Shown here piece after piece: positions 1-9,686 of a stretch of 64,000 nt of DNA. The DNA lies in the NCBI GenBank assembly GCA_963842525.1, contig CAWJGT010000009.1, forward strand, positions 320,001-384,000, written 5' to 3'. The position numbers and the translations under genes are program-made. Within the stretch, counting starts at the first letter, position 1. Each line of letters starts with the position of its first letter. This stretch comes from an uncultured Holophagales bacterium (GTDB lineage: Bacteria > Acidobacteriota > Thermoanaerobaculia > Multivoradales > UBA5704). Under the pieces are notes generated by a model. It saw only the letters and a list, made by a program, of their open reading frames with translations. It did no database searches and was not told where the DNA came from.

Positions 1-64
1 AATGAGCCCAGAGAAGCTCGTGTATGATGCCTGAGGGACGAGAGTCCCGTTCGGAGACTTCCCA

Positions 65-328
65 ATGCCACGATCCAAGGTCTCGATTTCGGTTCCCGCA
101 GAGCTGGCCCGCCAGTTGCCTCCGGACCCGGAGCAGCGGCAGGAAGTCCTGGTGCTCGGGCTTCGGGAGTGGCGGGTCCGCAAGGCCCTGGAGGCCTACC
201 GCCGAGGCGAAGGGTCGTTGGCGTACGCGGCCCGCCAGGCAGGCATCACTCTGCGCGAGATGATCCCCCTGGCCTACGCGCACGGCCTAGAGCCGAAAGC
301 ATCAGAATCCGGCGATCCCGGCCTGTGA
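65..328 (+). CDS. UPF0175-family antitoxin-like protein
   Basis: 87 aa; ALEAYRRGEGSLAYAARQAGIT resembles the UPF0175 HTH; GTGA overlap with the downstream PIN gene. Confidence 0.75.
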   Translation: MPRSKVSISVPAELARQLPPDPEQRQEVLVLGLREWRVRKALEAYRRGEGSLAYAARQAGITLREMIPLAYAHGLEPKASESGDPGL

Positions 329-540
329 CGGTCGTCTCCGACGCGGGTCCGCTCATGGCACTCGCCAAGATCGGTGGGCTGGACATCCTCTTCCGCCTCT
401 TCTCGCAAATCTTGACGCCCCCTGCCGTGTACGACGAGCTGGTCACGGCCGGACTGCGGCTGGGCGCTCCGGACGCGGAGCTCCTGGAATCCCGCTATCA
501 GGCCCAGGAATTAGTGGTGATCTCTCCGGCGGCCCTGTAG
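325..540 (+). pseudogene. DUF3368-like PIN-domain protein, C-terminally truncated
   Basis: VVSDAGPLMALAKIGGLDIL...PPAVYDEL is a typical DUF3368 N-terminus; only 71 aa, and the stop is supplied by the GTAG of the adjacent repeat. Confidence 0.7.
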
Positions 541-642
541 CGGCCTTCTCCAGGTCCGGCTTCTCCACAAAACCAGCCCCGACGGGGCGACGGCATAAAG
601 CCCGGGGTCAGAGCGCGCAGCGCGGCGACCCCGGGTAGGTGG
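537..642 (+). repeat. REP-like palindromic element, copy 1 of a ~105-bp direct repeat
   Basis: GTAG...ccagccccgacggggcgacggcataaagcccggggtcagagcgcgcagcgcggcgaccccgggtagg; close copy at 1404-1510. Confidence 0.85.
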
Positions 643-740
643 CCCCCTTCCTCTCCAAGCCCTGGAAGGGCGGCAGCAGACCGCCCTGGTTGTCCTCCTA
701 CACAAACGCATGATGATTCGACACGACGGCGGATTGCGGG

Positions 741-769
741 TTGACGGTCCCGCGAGGGGCCGCTAGTCT
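741..769 (+). promoter_or_regulatory. sigma70-like promoter of the Uma2 gene
   Basis: TTGACG-N17-TAGTCT, with GGAG-like RBS before ATG 792. Confidence 0.5.
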
Positions 770-791
770 CGTCCGCAGGAGCAGGAAATAG

Positions 792-1407
792 ATGGCCGAG
801 CCCATTCGCCCGCTGACCCCGCCGCACCGCGACGGCACCCGATCCTGGCCGGTCCAGGGAAAGTGGACCTATGAGGACTATTGCCACCTCCCCGACGACG
901 GCCAGCGGTACGAGGTCATCCGAGGCCACCTGTACGTGAGCCCTGCGCCCTCCCTTCGCCACCAGCGGACGGTCAGCCGGCTCTTCTCGGCGCTCAACCA
1001 CTTCGTGCTCGCCCATGATCTGGGCGAGGTGCTCACCGCACCTGTGGACATCCTGCTCCCGCGGGGCCTTGCAACGCCGGTGCAGCCGGACCTGGTCTTC
1101 TTCCGTACCGGCAACCAGGCGTCCGGCGGACGCCCTCAACTTTCAAGGCGTCCCCGATCTCGTGGTCGAGGTCCTGTCACCCTCGACCCGCTGGCTGGAT
1201 ATCGACGTCAAGCTACCAGCCTGTCGGGAAGCCGGCGTCCCCGAGGTCTGGCACGCAGACCCGCAGGCACGGACCTTTGTCATCTACGGCTTCAGTGACG
1301 ACAGGAAAAGCTACGTCGAGTTGGCCCGCGGTGGAAAAGGGGACGTGGTCGCCTCGCGCCTTCTGCCGGGGCTCGAGATCGAGGTCGCCAGGATCTTTTC
1401 GCGGTAG
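792..1407 (+). CDS. Uma2-family PD-(D/E)XK endonuclease (one frameshift near 1120)
   Basis: WTYEDYCHLPDDGQRYEVIRG, VQPDLVF, then in another frame PDLVVEVLSPST...GVPEVW. Confidence 0.85.
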
Positions 1408-1510
1408 CGGTCCCCCTCCAGATCCGCCGTTTCCACAACACCAGCCCCGAAGGGGCGACGGCATAAAGCCCGGGGTCAGAGCGCGCAGCACGGCGGCTCC
1501 GGGTAGGCGG
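1404..1510 (+). repeat. REP-like palindromic element, copy 2
   Basis: Matches 537-642; the initial GTAG supplies the Uma2 stop codon. Confidence 0.85.
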
Positions 1511-1511
1511 G

Positions 1512-2501
1512 CTACCGGAGCGGGCTTGCCGCGCAGAAAAGAGTTCCACGCGCAAGAAGGGCGTCTGCTGTTAGAGCGCTACTCTCGTCAAGCAGGGATT
1601 CGAAACGCACGCTAAGGACACCTGGCGGTAGCTCCGGATTAACCGAAGGAATCGATGCTGCTGCAAAATATAGAAGTTTATTCCTCGCCCGTTCGAAGTC
1701 GAAGGTTATATACAGGCCGGTCGCAGCCGACTCACCTAGGGATTGTGCCACCACCTCACCAAGCTTTAGTGCGAGATTATCGCCAATGCCTCGACTAATG
1801 ATCAGTCGAATCAGATCAGTAATCGATGATCCCCCGGAACTTCGCTCTGCAAGTATTGATACGATAATTACATCAACATCGTGGCCCGGATTCACTTGTC
1901 TGAGCGAAAAACTGTGTATGCGAGCGAGCCCGCTAAAGCTCTTTACTTCTATCCTACTCGAGCCGGTGGCGAAATCAAAAGCCTCTTCTGGATCCGTGTG
2001 CCAGGAAGACAGCAGAATTTCAGGGCCTGAAGAAACAGCGATAAGAAGCAACTCTGCCCAGAGACCCTGGACTGTGCGTCGCGCCGGTTGCTCAAATGAT
2101 CGAAAAAGTTCGGTAAGTTTCCTAAGTGAACGATTAACGTCATTGCGTGTCGGTGCTGTGCCTATCTGGCGGACTATTAGCTCTGAAGCTTGAAGGAAGT
2201 AGTCACGTAGTGCCGGCTCACCGGAGGCACATCGAACAAGTGAAAAGATTTCTTCGCGAGCCGAAGATGCTTCTCCTGTAGCTATCCGACATCGTACGTT
2301 GTGGTGAACTGTGATGTGCCGAAGGACTACAGGGCCCATAGATTGGCCGCTGTCTTCAGCGACGTGAATCAAGAGTATGGGGGCTCCAATAGCATCCTTG
2401 CCGAGTCTATGCAGCTGAAAGCCCGGGATTTGCGCCACGTGGAATGTAGCTTCGCCGCCGTTTGGTAGTGTCAGGCCGCGGAAAAGGGTAACCAGATCCA
2501 T
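1512..2501 (-). CDS. PD-(D/E)XK motif protein (DUF4420-like) nuclease
   Basis: QGLWAELLLI...W...FDF...IEVKS...HSFSLRQ motifs; directly downstream of the Z1 gene. Confidence 0.85.
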   Translation of the reverse strand: MDLVTLFRGLTLPNGGEATFHVAQIPGFQLHRLGKDAIGAPILLIHVAEDSGQSMGPVVLRHITVHHNVRCRIATGEASSAREEIFSLVRCASGEPALRDYFLQASELIVRQIGTAPTRNDVNRSLRKLTELFRSFEQPARRTVQGLWAELLLIAVSSGPEILLSSWHTDPEEAFDFATGSSRIEVKSFSGLARIHSFSLRQVNPGHDVDVIIVSILAERSSGGSSITDLIRLIISRGIGDNLALKLGEVVAQSLGESAATGLYITFDFERARNKLLYFAAASIPSVNPELPPGVLSVRFESLLDESSALTADALLARGTLFCAASPLR

Positions 2502-2509
2502 AAAGAAGG

Positions 2510-4739
2510 TTACTGGACTAGCCAATCTCGGCCGATTTCTAGGGGCACATGAGTTGCTACGAGACTGACCCTTGGATATATAGTCTTGTCCTCCGCGGCA
2601 TCGTGCGGGTGGAGTTCGAAAGTATGAAGCTGGATAGTGAGGTCCGATGCATGTCTAATCTCTCGGTCACCCGGATATATGGAGCCCTGGGCGGGCCCTG
2701 TGCTCGGATTTGCGCCCTGATAGAAGTTGCCTAAGCTGATCATCGGGGGTACGTGTTCGGCGCCGTTCCGCCGCGTCAGGCCTCATAACGAATATGCTAC
2801 AAGTGGCATCCGGATGCCTCTCGAGCCATGCGGAGATCTGAAGTAGAAGCGCAGTGTGCTGGAGGGAGTCCTCCGGAGACGGCAAGCGTATCTCCTCGAG
2901 AAGATCAGCGTACGCACGACGCAGAGATCCCCCGTGAGCCACCTTGTGCCGCTGATACTCCGTCCTCCTTACATCATCGTCCGTATCGTCCACCAGCGAA
3001 AGAGTTCTTGTGAAACGCTCGATAAGAACATTGTTGTGATCGATTGCTTCCTGAAGCTCATGCGGGCGCGATGGGTCAACCCAGCGTTCGCCGTGATTGC
3101 CGCGAACATACGCCACGCTGAGGACCTGACGGCGCGTAGGCCGAAGTGCCTGGTCCAAGAAGAAGACCCGCTTCCATTCCCGAAGTGGGAGTCCTGTCGC
3201 TGCATGTTCCAGCAACCGGCTACGCATGTGTTCTTCGTGCTCAACGTAATCTGTAAACGCCTCACGAACAAGTTGCTCGAGCCAGACTCGGCAGTAACCC
3301 AGATAACGCTTCTTGTAGCCAAAAAATCTAGCACGCTGTTGGACGGTGTCTGCGTTAGCCTCTCCAAGACCTCTGGGCATATACGTAACAGTCAGGCCTT
3401 CAACTGTGAACCCGCGATCCATAGCCTGGCCGCCTACAAGAATATGCGCGTACTTTTCCTGCCAGGGTATTTTGGGCGTTACTCCCCTTGCCGAATTGAC
3501 CTCCCAGATAGCTGTTTTACGTATCGCCCGGGGTAGTGCGGCAAGGATGTTGTCCCATTCGGGCAAGTCTGAGGCGGTGGTTATCAAATCTTGGTACGCT
3601 TCTTGGAAAAGAGCCTGCACCTGGATGTTCGACTCGTCCATGTCATCTGCGGCGAGCGCGCGCTGCCAGTCTGCCTTAAGACTATCTGCCCATAAATAGT
3701 ACTCGTCGTGGATAGCTTGCGTCTGGTGCGGGTGCACCATCATGGAACGGTTTCCCTCTCCATTGTCTCTTAGCTCTCCTGCGGCAACACCAACGAAGAA
3801 CGTCGCCAGAGCGAGGCGGTATGAATTCGGAGGAGAAGGCAGGGCCTGACCCGGAGGGAAAATCTCATTTAGAGGGATATTTCTAATGTAAAGACGCTCA
3901 CCTGTTGATGAAAAAAATGTCAAGGCGCCTGTATAACCATGACCAGGATTTAAAACCTCTGCAAAAGATGGAGATAATGCGTCGATAATATTAATTAAGA
4001 GAGGGGCTTGAGGTGTCGCTGTGTATTGGACGTAGCTATGGATCGGGAGCAACTGACGTAGCCGCCCCATGTGACGGTAAGTAGGACTCTCCCTGCCACG
4101 GTTTACTAAGTAGTTGAGGCTTGCCTGGTCACCTTCATCATCAATTATTAGGGTCGGTACATTGTCAAGTTTCACATTTGCCAGCGTTCGTACAAGATAG
4201 TTCAGATGGTGGTGGTTCTTCATGACAGTAACGAGCACGGCCTGTCGGCGTACATCGGGCACCCCTGGATCCTGCCAGTCGACGAGGGTGTCAGAAATTC
4301 GCTGTGACGGTAATTGCGATCTTGTATCGATGGCCACGTGAAGCCACTTTCGATCCGGCCGAGTCAGTAGGCGCAAATCGCGCTGAAGTCGATTATTCGA
4401 CTGGTCAAGAAGATTTGTCGAGGTTCCTGTTATGACAATTATAAGAGGAAACCCGTTGTCTCTAGCGAGCGCGCACACCGTCGTGAAATTCAGAGTTTTT
4501 CCACTCTGGACATATCCCGTCACGAGTCCAACATCCTGTGATTGGCGTGAGTCGGGACCGACGCAGCGCCTGAGAACTCGTCTCGCTTCTTCTATGATAA
4601 TGTCAGCTGCATCGCCAAGCCTGGCAACGTCAGGAGTCGCTCGGAGGGCCTGAGTCTCAGGTCCGATCACTGGCCAGTTATCGTCTCTTGAAGTAGGGCT
4701 AACAATGGTGGCCGTCTCGTACGGAGTGTTATCCGTCAT
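2510..4739 (-). CDS. Z1-domain SF2 helicase-like protein (frameshift near 2735)
   Basis: GYVQSGKT Walker A, IIDDEGD, YTATP, RGFTVEGLTVTY, QRARFFGY; the C-terminus continues in ORF 2510..2743. Confidence 0.9.
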
Positions 4740-4752
4740 ATCGGGTTCCTCG

Positions 4753-6293
4753 TCAAGGGGCCGAAAGCGCTCGCCGCAACAATTCATTGACATTCTGTCG
4801 TACCCGTCCAAACGCTGTAGGGGCTGCACTCTCTCTCGCGATCGTTTCAGCTAGTCCCAGGGCTACTGCAACGCGTAAGAGTGGCTCGATTAGTTCGGGG
4901 TCTGCTCCGGCGAATCGCTGCATGAAGGGATGTGCTAGAGAGACACGTAGCCCGAGATGCCGTACATGGTTTTGGTCAGGTCTTGACGGCCCATCTGAGA
5001 TCGCGAGCCAGTCGGCTGCTGGATCTGCGGTTTGCTCGACAGTCACCACCCACGTCCAGTTCAGGAACAATAACTCAATTTTACGTTGCGTGAGAGTGCT
5101 TGCAGGCGACAACACAAGGGGAACTGGGGTCTGTGATTGGTCGGCTCGGAGCTGGGCGACTACTGGTGGTGCGTTTTTCTCAAGGGCTTCTGCGACGTTC
5201 GTAGTTGCCGTCTCAGCTCCCCTCTTTAGATCCTCAGGTCGCTCATTGACGCGATGCCCCTTAGCCTGTTGTAGAAGAGGCATTGAATCCTTTGAGAGTT
5301 CGTCCTTCAGGAGGTCCAAAAAGGCCTCTTCATTTTCGTCCCACTTAAACCCATCCTTAGTGTGCGTGACCTCAAACCCTTCAAGATGCAGCCGCCAAAA
5401 ACTCGCTGATAGATAAAGCTGTTGCTCTTGCCGAATATCTTCTCCGGTCGGTATCCTGCATCGCCGGAGCCTTGAATAACGCGCCCCCTGCGGAACAAGG
5501 CAAACCCGGCGCGGCTCGTCGAGGCTCGGTCACGGATTGCCGCAAAACCATGCGCGCGAAGCCCCGTCCCGAAGTCAAAGTCAAGCGGTATTCTCCACTC
5601 GCGTGCGGGACCAGACTCATCCTTGAAGAAGGGAGCTATGAGCACCTTGGGCTCTTCGTAGCTCAATGGTACATCGTCGAAGGTCAAAACGAGCTCCCCC
5701 TTGCGGAAGAACTCTCTATAGATATCTGCCAGATGCTGCTTGATCTTGCTTACCGTTCGGCCGGCAGGAATCTTATGAAGCCCCTGAAGGCGAATTTCCG
5801 TATAGTGTGTAGTTTCCTGTCCAGCGTTCAAGGGTGTCTCGTCTACACGAAGTTCGTTTAGGTCGCCCGAAACTATTTCCTCGATATTAAAGTGAATATG
5901 ATATTCAACTGGCTCATCCAGCGGCTTGGTTCTTACTGACCATTCACGGGCACACCAGCACGCTGCAGACTTCATTCCCATTCCAAACTCAGACAGGCCC
6001 GAGCGGTCGAACGGTATGGCGGCTGGTTTGAAAGCACGTGGAAAGTCGCTGCTAGAAATGCCGGCAGCGTAGTCACGGACCGTAATCACTCCGCCATCTT
6101 GTGGCGTGAGATTGATCTCGACGCGCAGAGGCGTGGAGGAGCTATCTAGTTGCTTAAGAAGCTCGCGATTTGCCATATGGCTCTGAATTGCGTTGTCGAC
6201 AAACTCAGCTAACGCATGCCAATAGGTGTAATTCAAATGCCTGAGTACAGAGAGGACACTAACGCCAGGTCGTATATCGACTCGCTGTTCCAT
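4753..6293 (-). CDS. MORC/MutL-like GHKL ATPase (HATPase_c_3; frameshift near 5390)
   Basis: ALAEFVDNAI, DYAAGI, GLSEFGMGMKSA motifs; C-terminal part with HPF motif in ORF 4753..5319. Confidence 0.88.
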
Positions 6294-6302
6294 GCATTAA
6301 CC

Positions 6303-7560
6303 CTATGCAATCAAGCTACTCAGCTCAACGCTTCTGCCTGCGGTTCGCTTCCGCGCGCCCGGTCCTAAGCCGGGCCCAGGATGGGGCCTATGGTTGCCCT
6401 TGAGCGCAAGATATTCCTTGGTTGCCCTACGGGGACTCTCACGAGGAGGGCAGTTACCTCGGCGAGGCGTAAGGAGAGTTAGAGAGATCCGGAGCGAACC
6501 TTCATCAAGGAGCTGACGACGAATCTCAAGTCCGAGCAACTCGGCAAGGGCGCAAGGTACAGCGTTTCCAATCTGGCGCTGAGCAGAACGCCTGTCTCCC
6601 TCGACTTCAAAGTCATCTGGAAACGTCTGTAATCGGCAGAGTTCGCGCTGAGAGAGCAGCCGACTGCGCCAGTGGAAGGGTCCCGTTGCGGGCCCCGGCC
6701 CAGCCTGGATAGTCCACGATGGGCGATTCTTTGCCAGTTTAAGAAGAAAGGACCAGTAACGAGTCCGCCAACCGAAGAGTGGCTCTCCACCCCCGCCGGG
6801 CGTATGCCAGAGATAATTCTCGCCCTCTGGAATGCTCGGCAAGAGCTTGGCCCATTTGCCTGAAAGTGCCAGCTCGGCAGGCCAGTCTAGTGTATCTAGA
6901 TCGCCGATAGCATCCCACGCAGTACGATATGATTCGGGCCTGTCCGATTGGCCGTGAGTGGGCTCCGGGGCCTCAAATGCTTCTCCCGTCTTGCTCGCGA
7001 TTAGAAAAACGCGTTCACGGAATTGAGGCACACCGAAGTCAGCGGCATTTAGGTGCAGTATAGTCAGAGCGTAATTTGTTTTGTTGCGCTGATTGATAGA
7101 CTGAAAGCCTTCCCGTAGAAGTTGGAGTCCCTCGTCCTTGCCGGCGAAGGTAAGTCCTCTAACGTTCTCGAGAAGGATCGCCCGGGGTAGTGCAGCCTCT
7201 ACTATTCGCAGATAGGCAGTAAGAGTCGCTGCGCGGGGGTCGTCCAGTCGCAGTGAATCACCGCGTGACCAGTACCCCGACTTGGAAAATGGCTGACAAG
7301 GTGGCCCCCCAGCGAGCAGCTCAACTTCACCTTTCCGTAGGCCCGCCTGCTTAAGCAGCTTCTTCGGGTTCGTTGAGGTGGATATCACCGGGTGTAAGCA
7401 GCGACCAGTCTGGCCTGTTTCGCCTCAGAGTGGCACGGGCGTCGTCGTCGATCTCTACGCAGAGTCGAGTTTCAAAGCCTGCAGCCTCCAGGCCAATATC
7501 TAGACCTCCAGCGCCTGTGAAAAGGGAGAGCACGCGGGGACGATCGCCGTGCTTGGTCAC
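6303..7560 (-). CDS. dcm: DNA (cytosine-5) methyltransferase (frameshift near 7380)
   Basis: LSLFTGAGGLDIG, GGPPCQPFS, ENV, QFRERVF, RQIGNAVP. Confidence 0.93.
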
Positions 7561-7641
7561 GTTGCTCCTTGATGCATGAGGGAGCTAGCCATGTTTTCAG
7601 TCGCCGTGGGTGACAACAACGTGCTGCTCATTATGCCCTAT

Positions 7642-8190
7642 TTACGTCATTGGGTGTGTCTTGTCAAGAGCCTTGGAGGATTCTGGCCTCCGATGCCCCA
7701 GGTCGTGGAGGGTCGTAGCGACCCTTTGGGCGACCGCCGAAGGGTCACCCCGAATCTCGGACTCCCAAAACCGCAAGACGGTCCACCCCATCTCCTGGAG
7801 ATGGAAGGTATTCTGGCTGTCGCGTTCCATGTTCCGCTGAATCTTCGCGAGCCAGTAGTCGGAGTTCGTACCGGACCCGAGCTTCTGGCGACGGCTCTCC
7901 CAGTCGCGGCCATGCCAGAAGTCACCGTCGCAGAAGACTGCGACTTTCCACTTGGGAAAAACGATGTCGGGGTGCCCTGGAAGCCTGGAGACGTTCTTCA
8001 AGAAACGGTAACCAGCGGCCCATAAACTCCGCCGGAGTAGGAGTTCGCACTTCGTGTCAACCTTCTTGCTGCTGCCGCGGGCAGCAGCGCTCGCCCGCGC
8101 TGACGCCGGCCTCCGACCCTTATAGCTGACGGGCGCGGCTCCGGAAGAGGGAGCCAGGCGATCCTCCAGTTCAATCTTGCCCATCCTCAT
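7642..8190 (-). CDS. vsr: Very short patch repair endonuclease
   Basis: DTKCELLLRRSLWAAGYRF, LPGHPDIVF, VFCDGDFWHG, GWTVLRFWESE; upstream of dcm. Confidence 0.92.
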   Translation of the reverse strand: MRMGKIELEDRLAPSSGAAPVSYKGRRPASARASAAARGSSKKVDTKCELLLRRSLWAAGYRFLKNVSRLPGHPDIVFPKWKVAVFCDGDFWHGRDWESRRQKLGSGTNSDYWLAKIQRNMERDSQNTFHLQEMGWTVLRFWESEIRGDPSAVAQRVATTLHDLGHRRPESSKALDKTHPMT

Positions 8191-8349
8191 GAGGGCCAAT
8201 CCTACCCTATCGCTGCGATAACCAGGAAGGGGCAGATAACGATCCGGGGCCACATTTGCTGCTAGCCCACTAGCGGGGGACATGCAGGTAGTGCCGAGAG
8301 GGTACAGACAATCGTGAACGACACCAGATAGGTGCCGAGCCAGATAGGT

Positions 8350-8701
8350 GCCTCGCGCCCCCGGCAAAGCAACTCGCAAAGACCCCAGCTTGCGAAGCGC
8401 GCGGAGCAGGCCAGGGTGAGCCGTTCCTCGGTGGATGAGGCAAAAGCTCATGCCAGAGGCGCGGCGCTTCAGCCCGCGAGCGGGCCAGGGCGGCGTCCAC
8501 CGGGCCGAACTGCAAGGTCAGTGCGCCGGACCGGTAGAGGTCCAGGAGCCAGCCTCCCACCTCGTAGCACTCCGGACAGACGGCGAGCTGGTGCAGGAGA
8601 TTCTTATTCTGGTCCTCGGTCCGGTCTACGACCAGCATGCGCTCCAGGGCTGCGGCATCCAGATGTTCGTGCTCCAAGAGACATCCTCCATCGTGGGACA
8701 T
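8350..8701 (-). pseudogene. N-terminal fragment of a zinc-finger (CxxC) helical/TPR-type regulator, truncated at the island edge
   Basis: LLHQLAVCPEC...SRAEAPRLWHELLPHP, then after a 1-nt shift EERLTLACSARFASWGLCELLCR; coding character is lost near 8350. Confidence 0.55.
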
Positions 8702-8769
8702 GTCTTCCAGGAACAGGAAGGTATCGTGGTCCGGCTCAGAAAAAACAGGGGGTTTCCCCTTCCAAGGAG

Positions 8770-9064
8770 TTATCCGCCGTGAGGATCGAGCCCGGACCCG
8801 TTGTCTCCCTCTTCGGTGTCGCCACTCGGATCGAGCCCAGGTCCGGCGTCACCCGCGGCCGTTGCTCCGTCGGGATCAAGGCCGGATCCGTTGCCGCCAA
8901 AGAGAATGGCGAAGAAGCTCTGGACGAGGTCGAGGAAGCCGGCGGCGGCGGTCCGCTCGGTGGAGAAGCTCTGGGGCCTGCCACGGCAAGGCCCCGGCGA
9001 GGGTGGGGGAGAGGAGGGCGAAGAGACAGGCCGCAAGGACAGAGCGGCGGAGGCGGTGGATCAC
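8770..9064 (-). CDS. Small secreted peptide with three GxxGxGLDPxG repeats (frameshift in the G run at 8973-8976)
   Basis: RBS GGGAG, GTG start, signal peptide IHRLRRSVLAACLFALLSPTLAGA; C-terminal repeats spaced exactly 45 nt. Confidence 0.7.
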
Positions 9065-9242
9065 GATCGGCTCCCTTTCAGGCGGCTGCCTCCCACGGCC
9101 TCCATGGACGCGAAAGAGCCCCCATCTGAAAAGGTGCAGGGGAGGGAGTGAAAGCTCTCCTAGACGCCGGCTCGGAGGCATGGCGGCCCGCGGACGCTGC
9201 TGCACGGAACGCTTGCTATGCTGGCCTGGGAGGATGAAGGGG

Positions 9243-9479
9243 ATGAACAGACTGAATGTTACCCTGGTCGTCGAAGAAGACCTCCTGCGCGAGGCACGAG
9301 CGGTAGCCGCCCGGCAACACACGTCGGTCAACGAAATGGTGCGCCAGTTCCTGAAGCAGGTCGTGACGCAGGAGAGGCGGCGTTTCGCAGCATGGGACCG
9401 CGTCCGGGATCTCTTCGACCACCCGAGTGTCGAGCTCGGAGGCCCCCTGCCTTCCCGGGATGCATTGCATGAGCGCTGA
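9243..9479 (+). CDS. CopG/RHH-type antitoxin (VapB-like)
   Basis: NVTLVVEEDLLREARAVAARQHTSVNEMVRQFL...SRDALHER; overlaps the PIN gene. Confidence 0.8.
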   Translation: MNRLNVTLVVEEDLLREARAVAARQHTSVNEMVRQFLKQVVTQERRRFAAWDRVRDLFDHPSVELGGPLPSRDALHER

Positions 9480-9645
9480 TCTTGCAGCATTCGTGGACAG
9501 CAATGTGCTCGTCTATGCAGTGAGCCGGGATGAGCCCGAGAAGCAGAAGAAGGCTCGGGAGATCGTGGAGCGGGGCTTCACCGAGGGCGATCGGTCGTCG
9601 CCATACGTTCAGAGCGAATCAGGAGTAGAAGGATACAGCGCGTGA
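9469..9645 (+). pseudogene. VapC-like PIN toxin, truncated
   Basis: FVDSNVLVYA...EKQKKAREIV PIN N-terminus; only 58 aa, other catalytic acidic residues absent. Confidence 0.7.
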
Positions 9646-9686
9646 GCTGCAGCGCCGAGAAGCCCTCCCGCTTCTGATACGACCGT

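Larger units (their letters stand above)
1512..8340 (-). mobile_element. Horizontally acquired defence island (vsr-dcm-MORC-Z1-DUF4420)
   Basis: Visibly more AT-rich than the flanks, five co-oriented RM-associated genes, right edge truncates a resident gene; no integrase seen. Confidence 0.7.
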
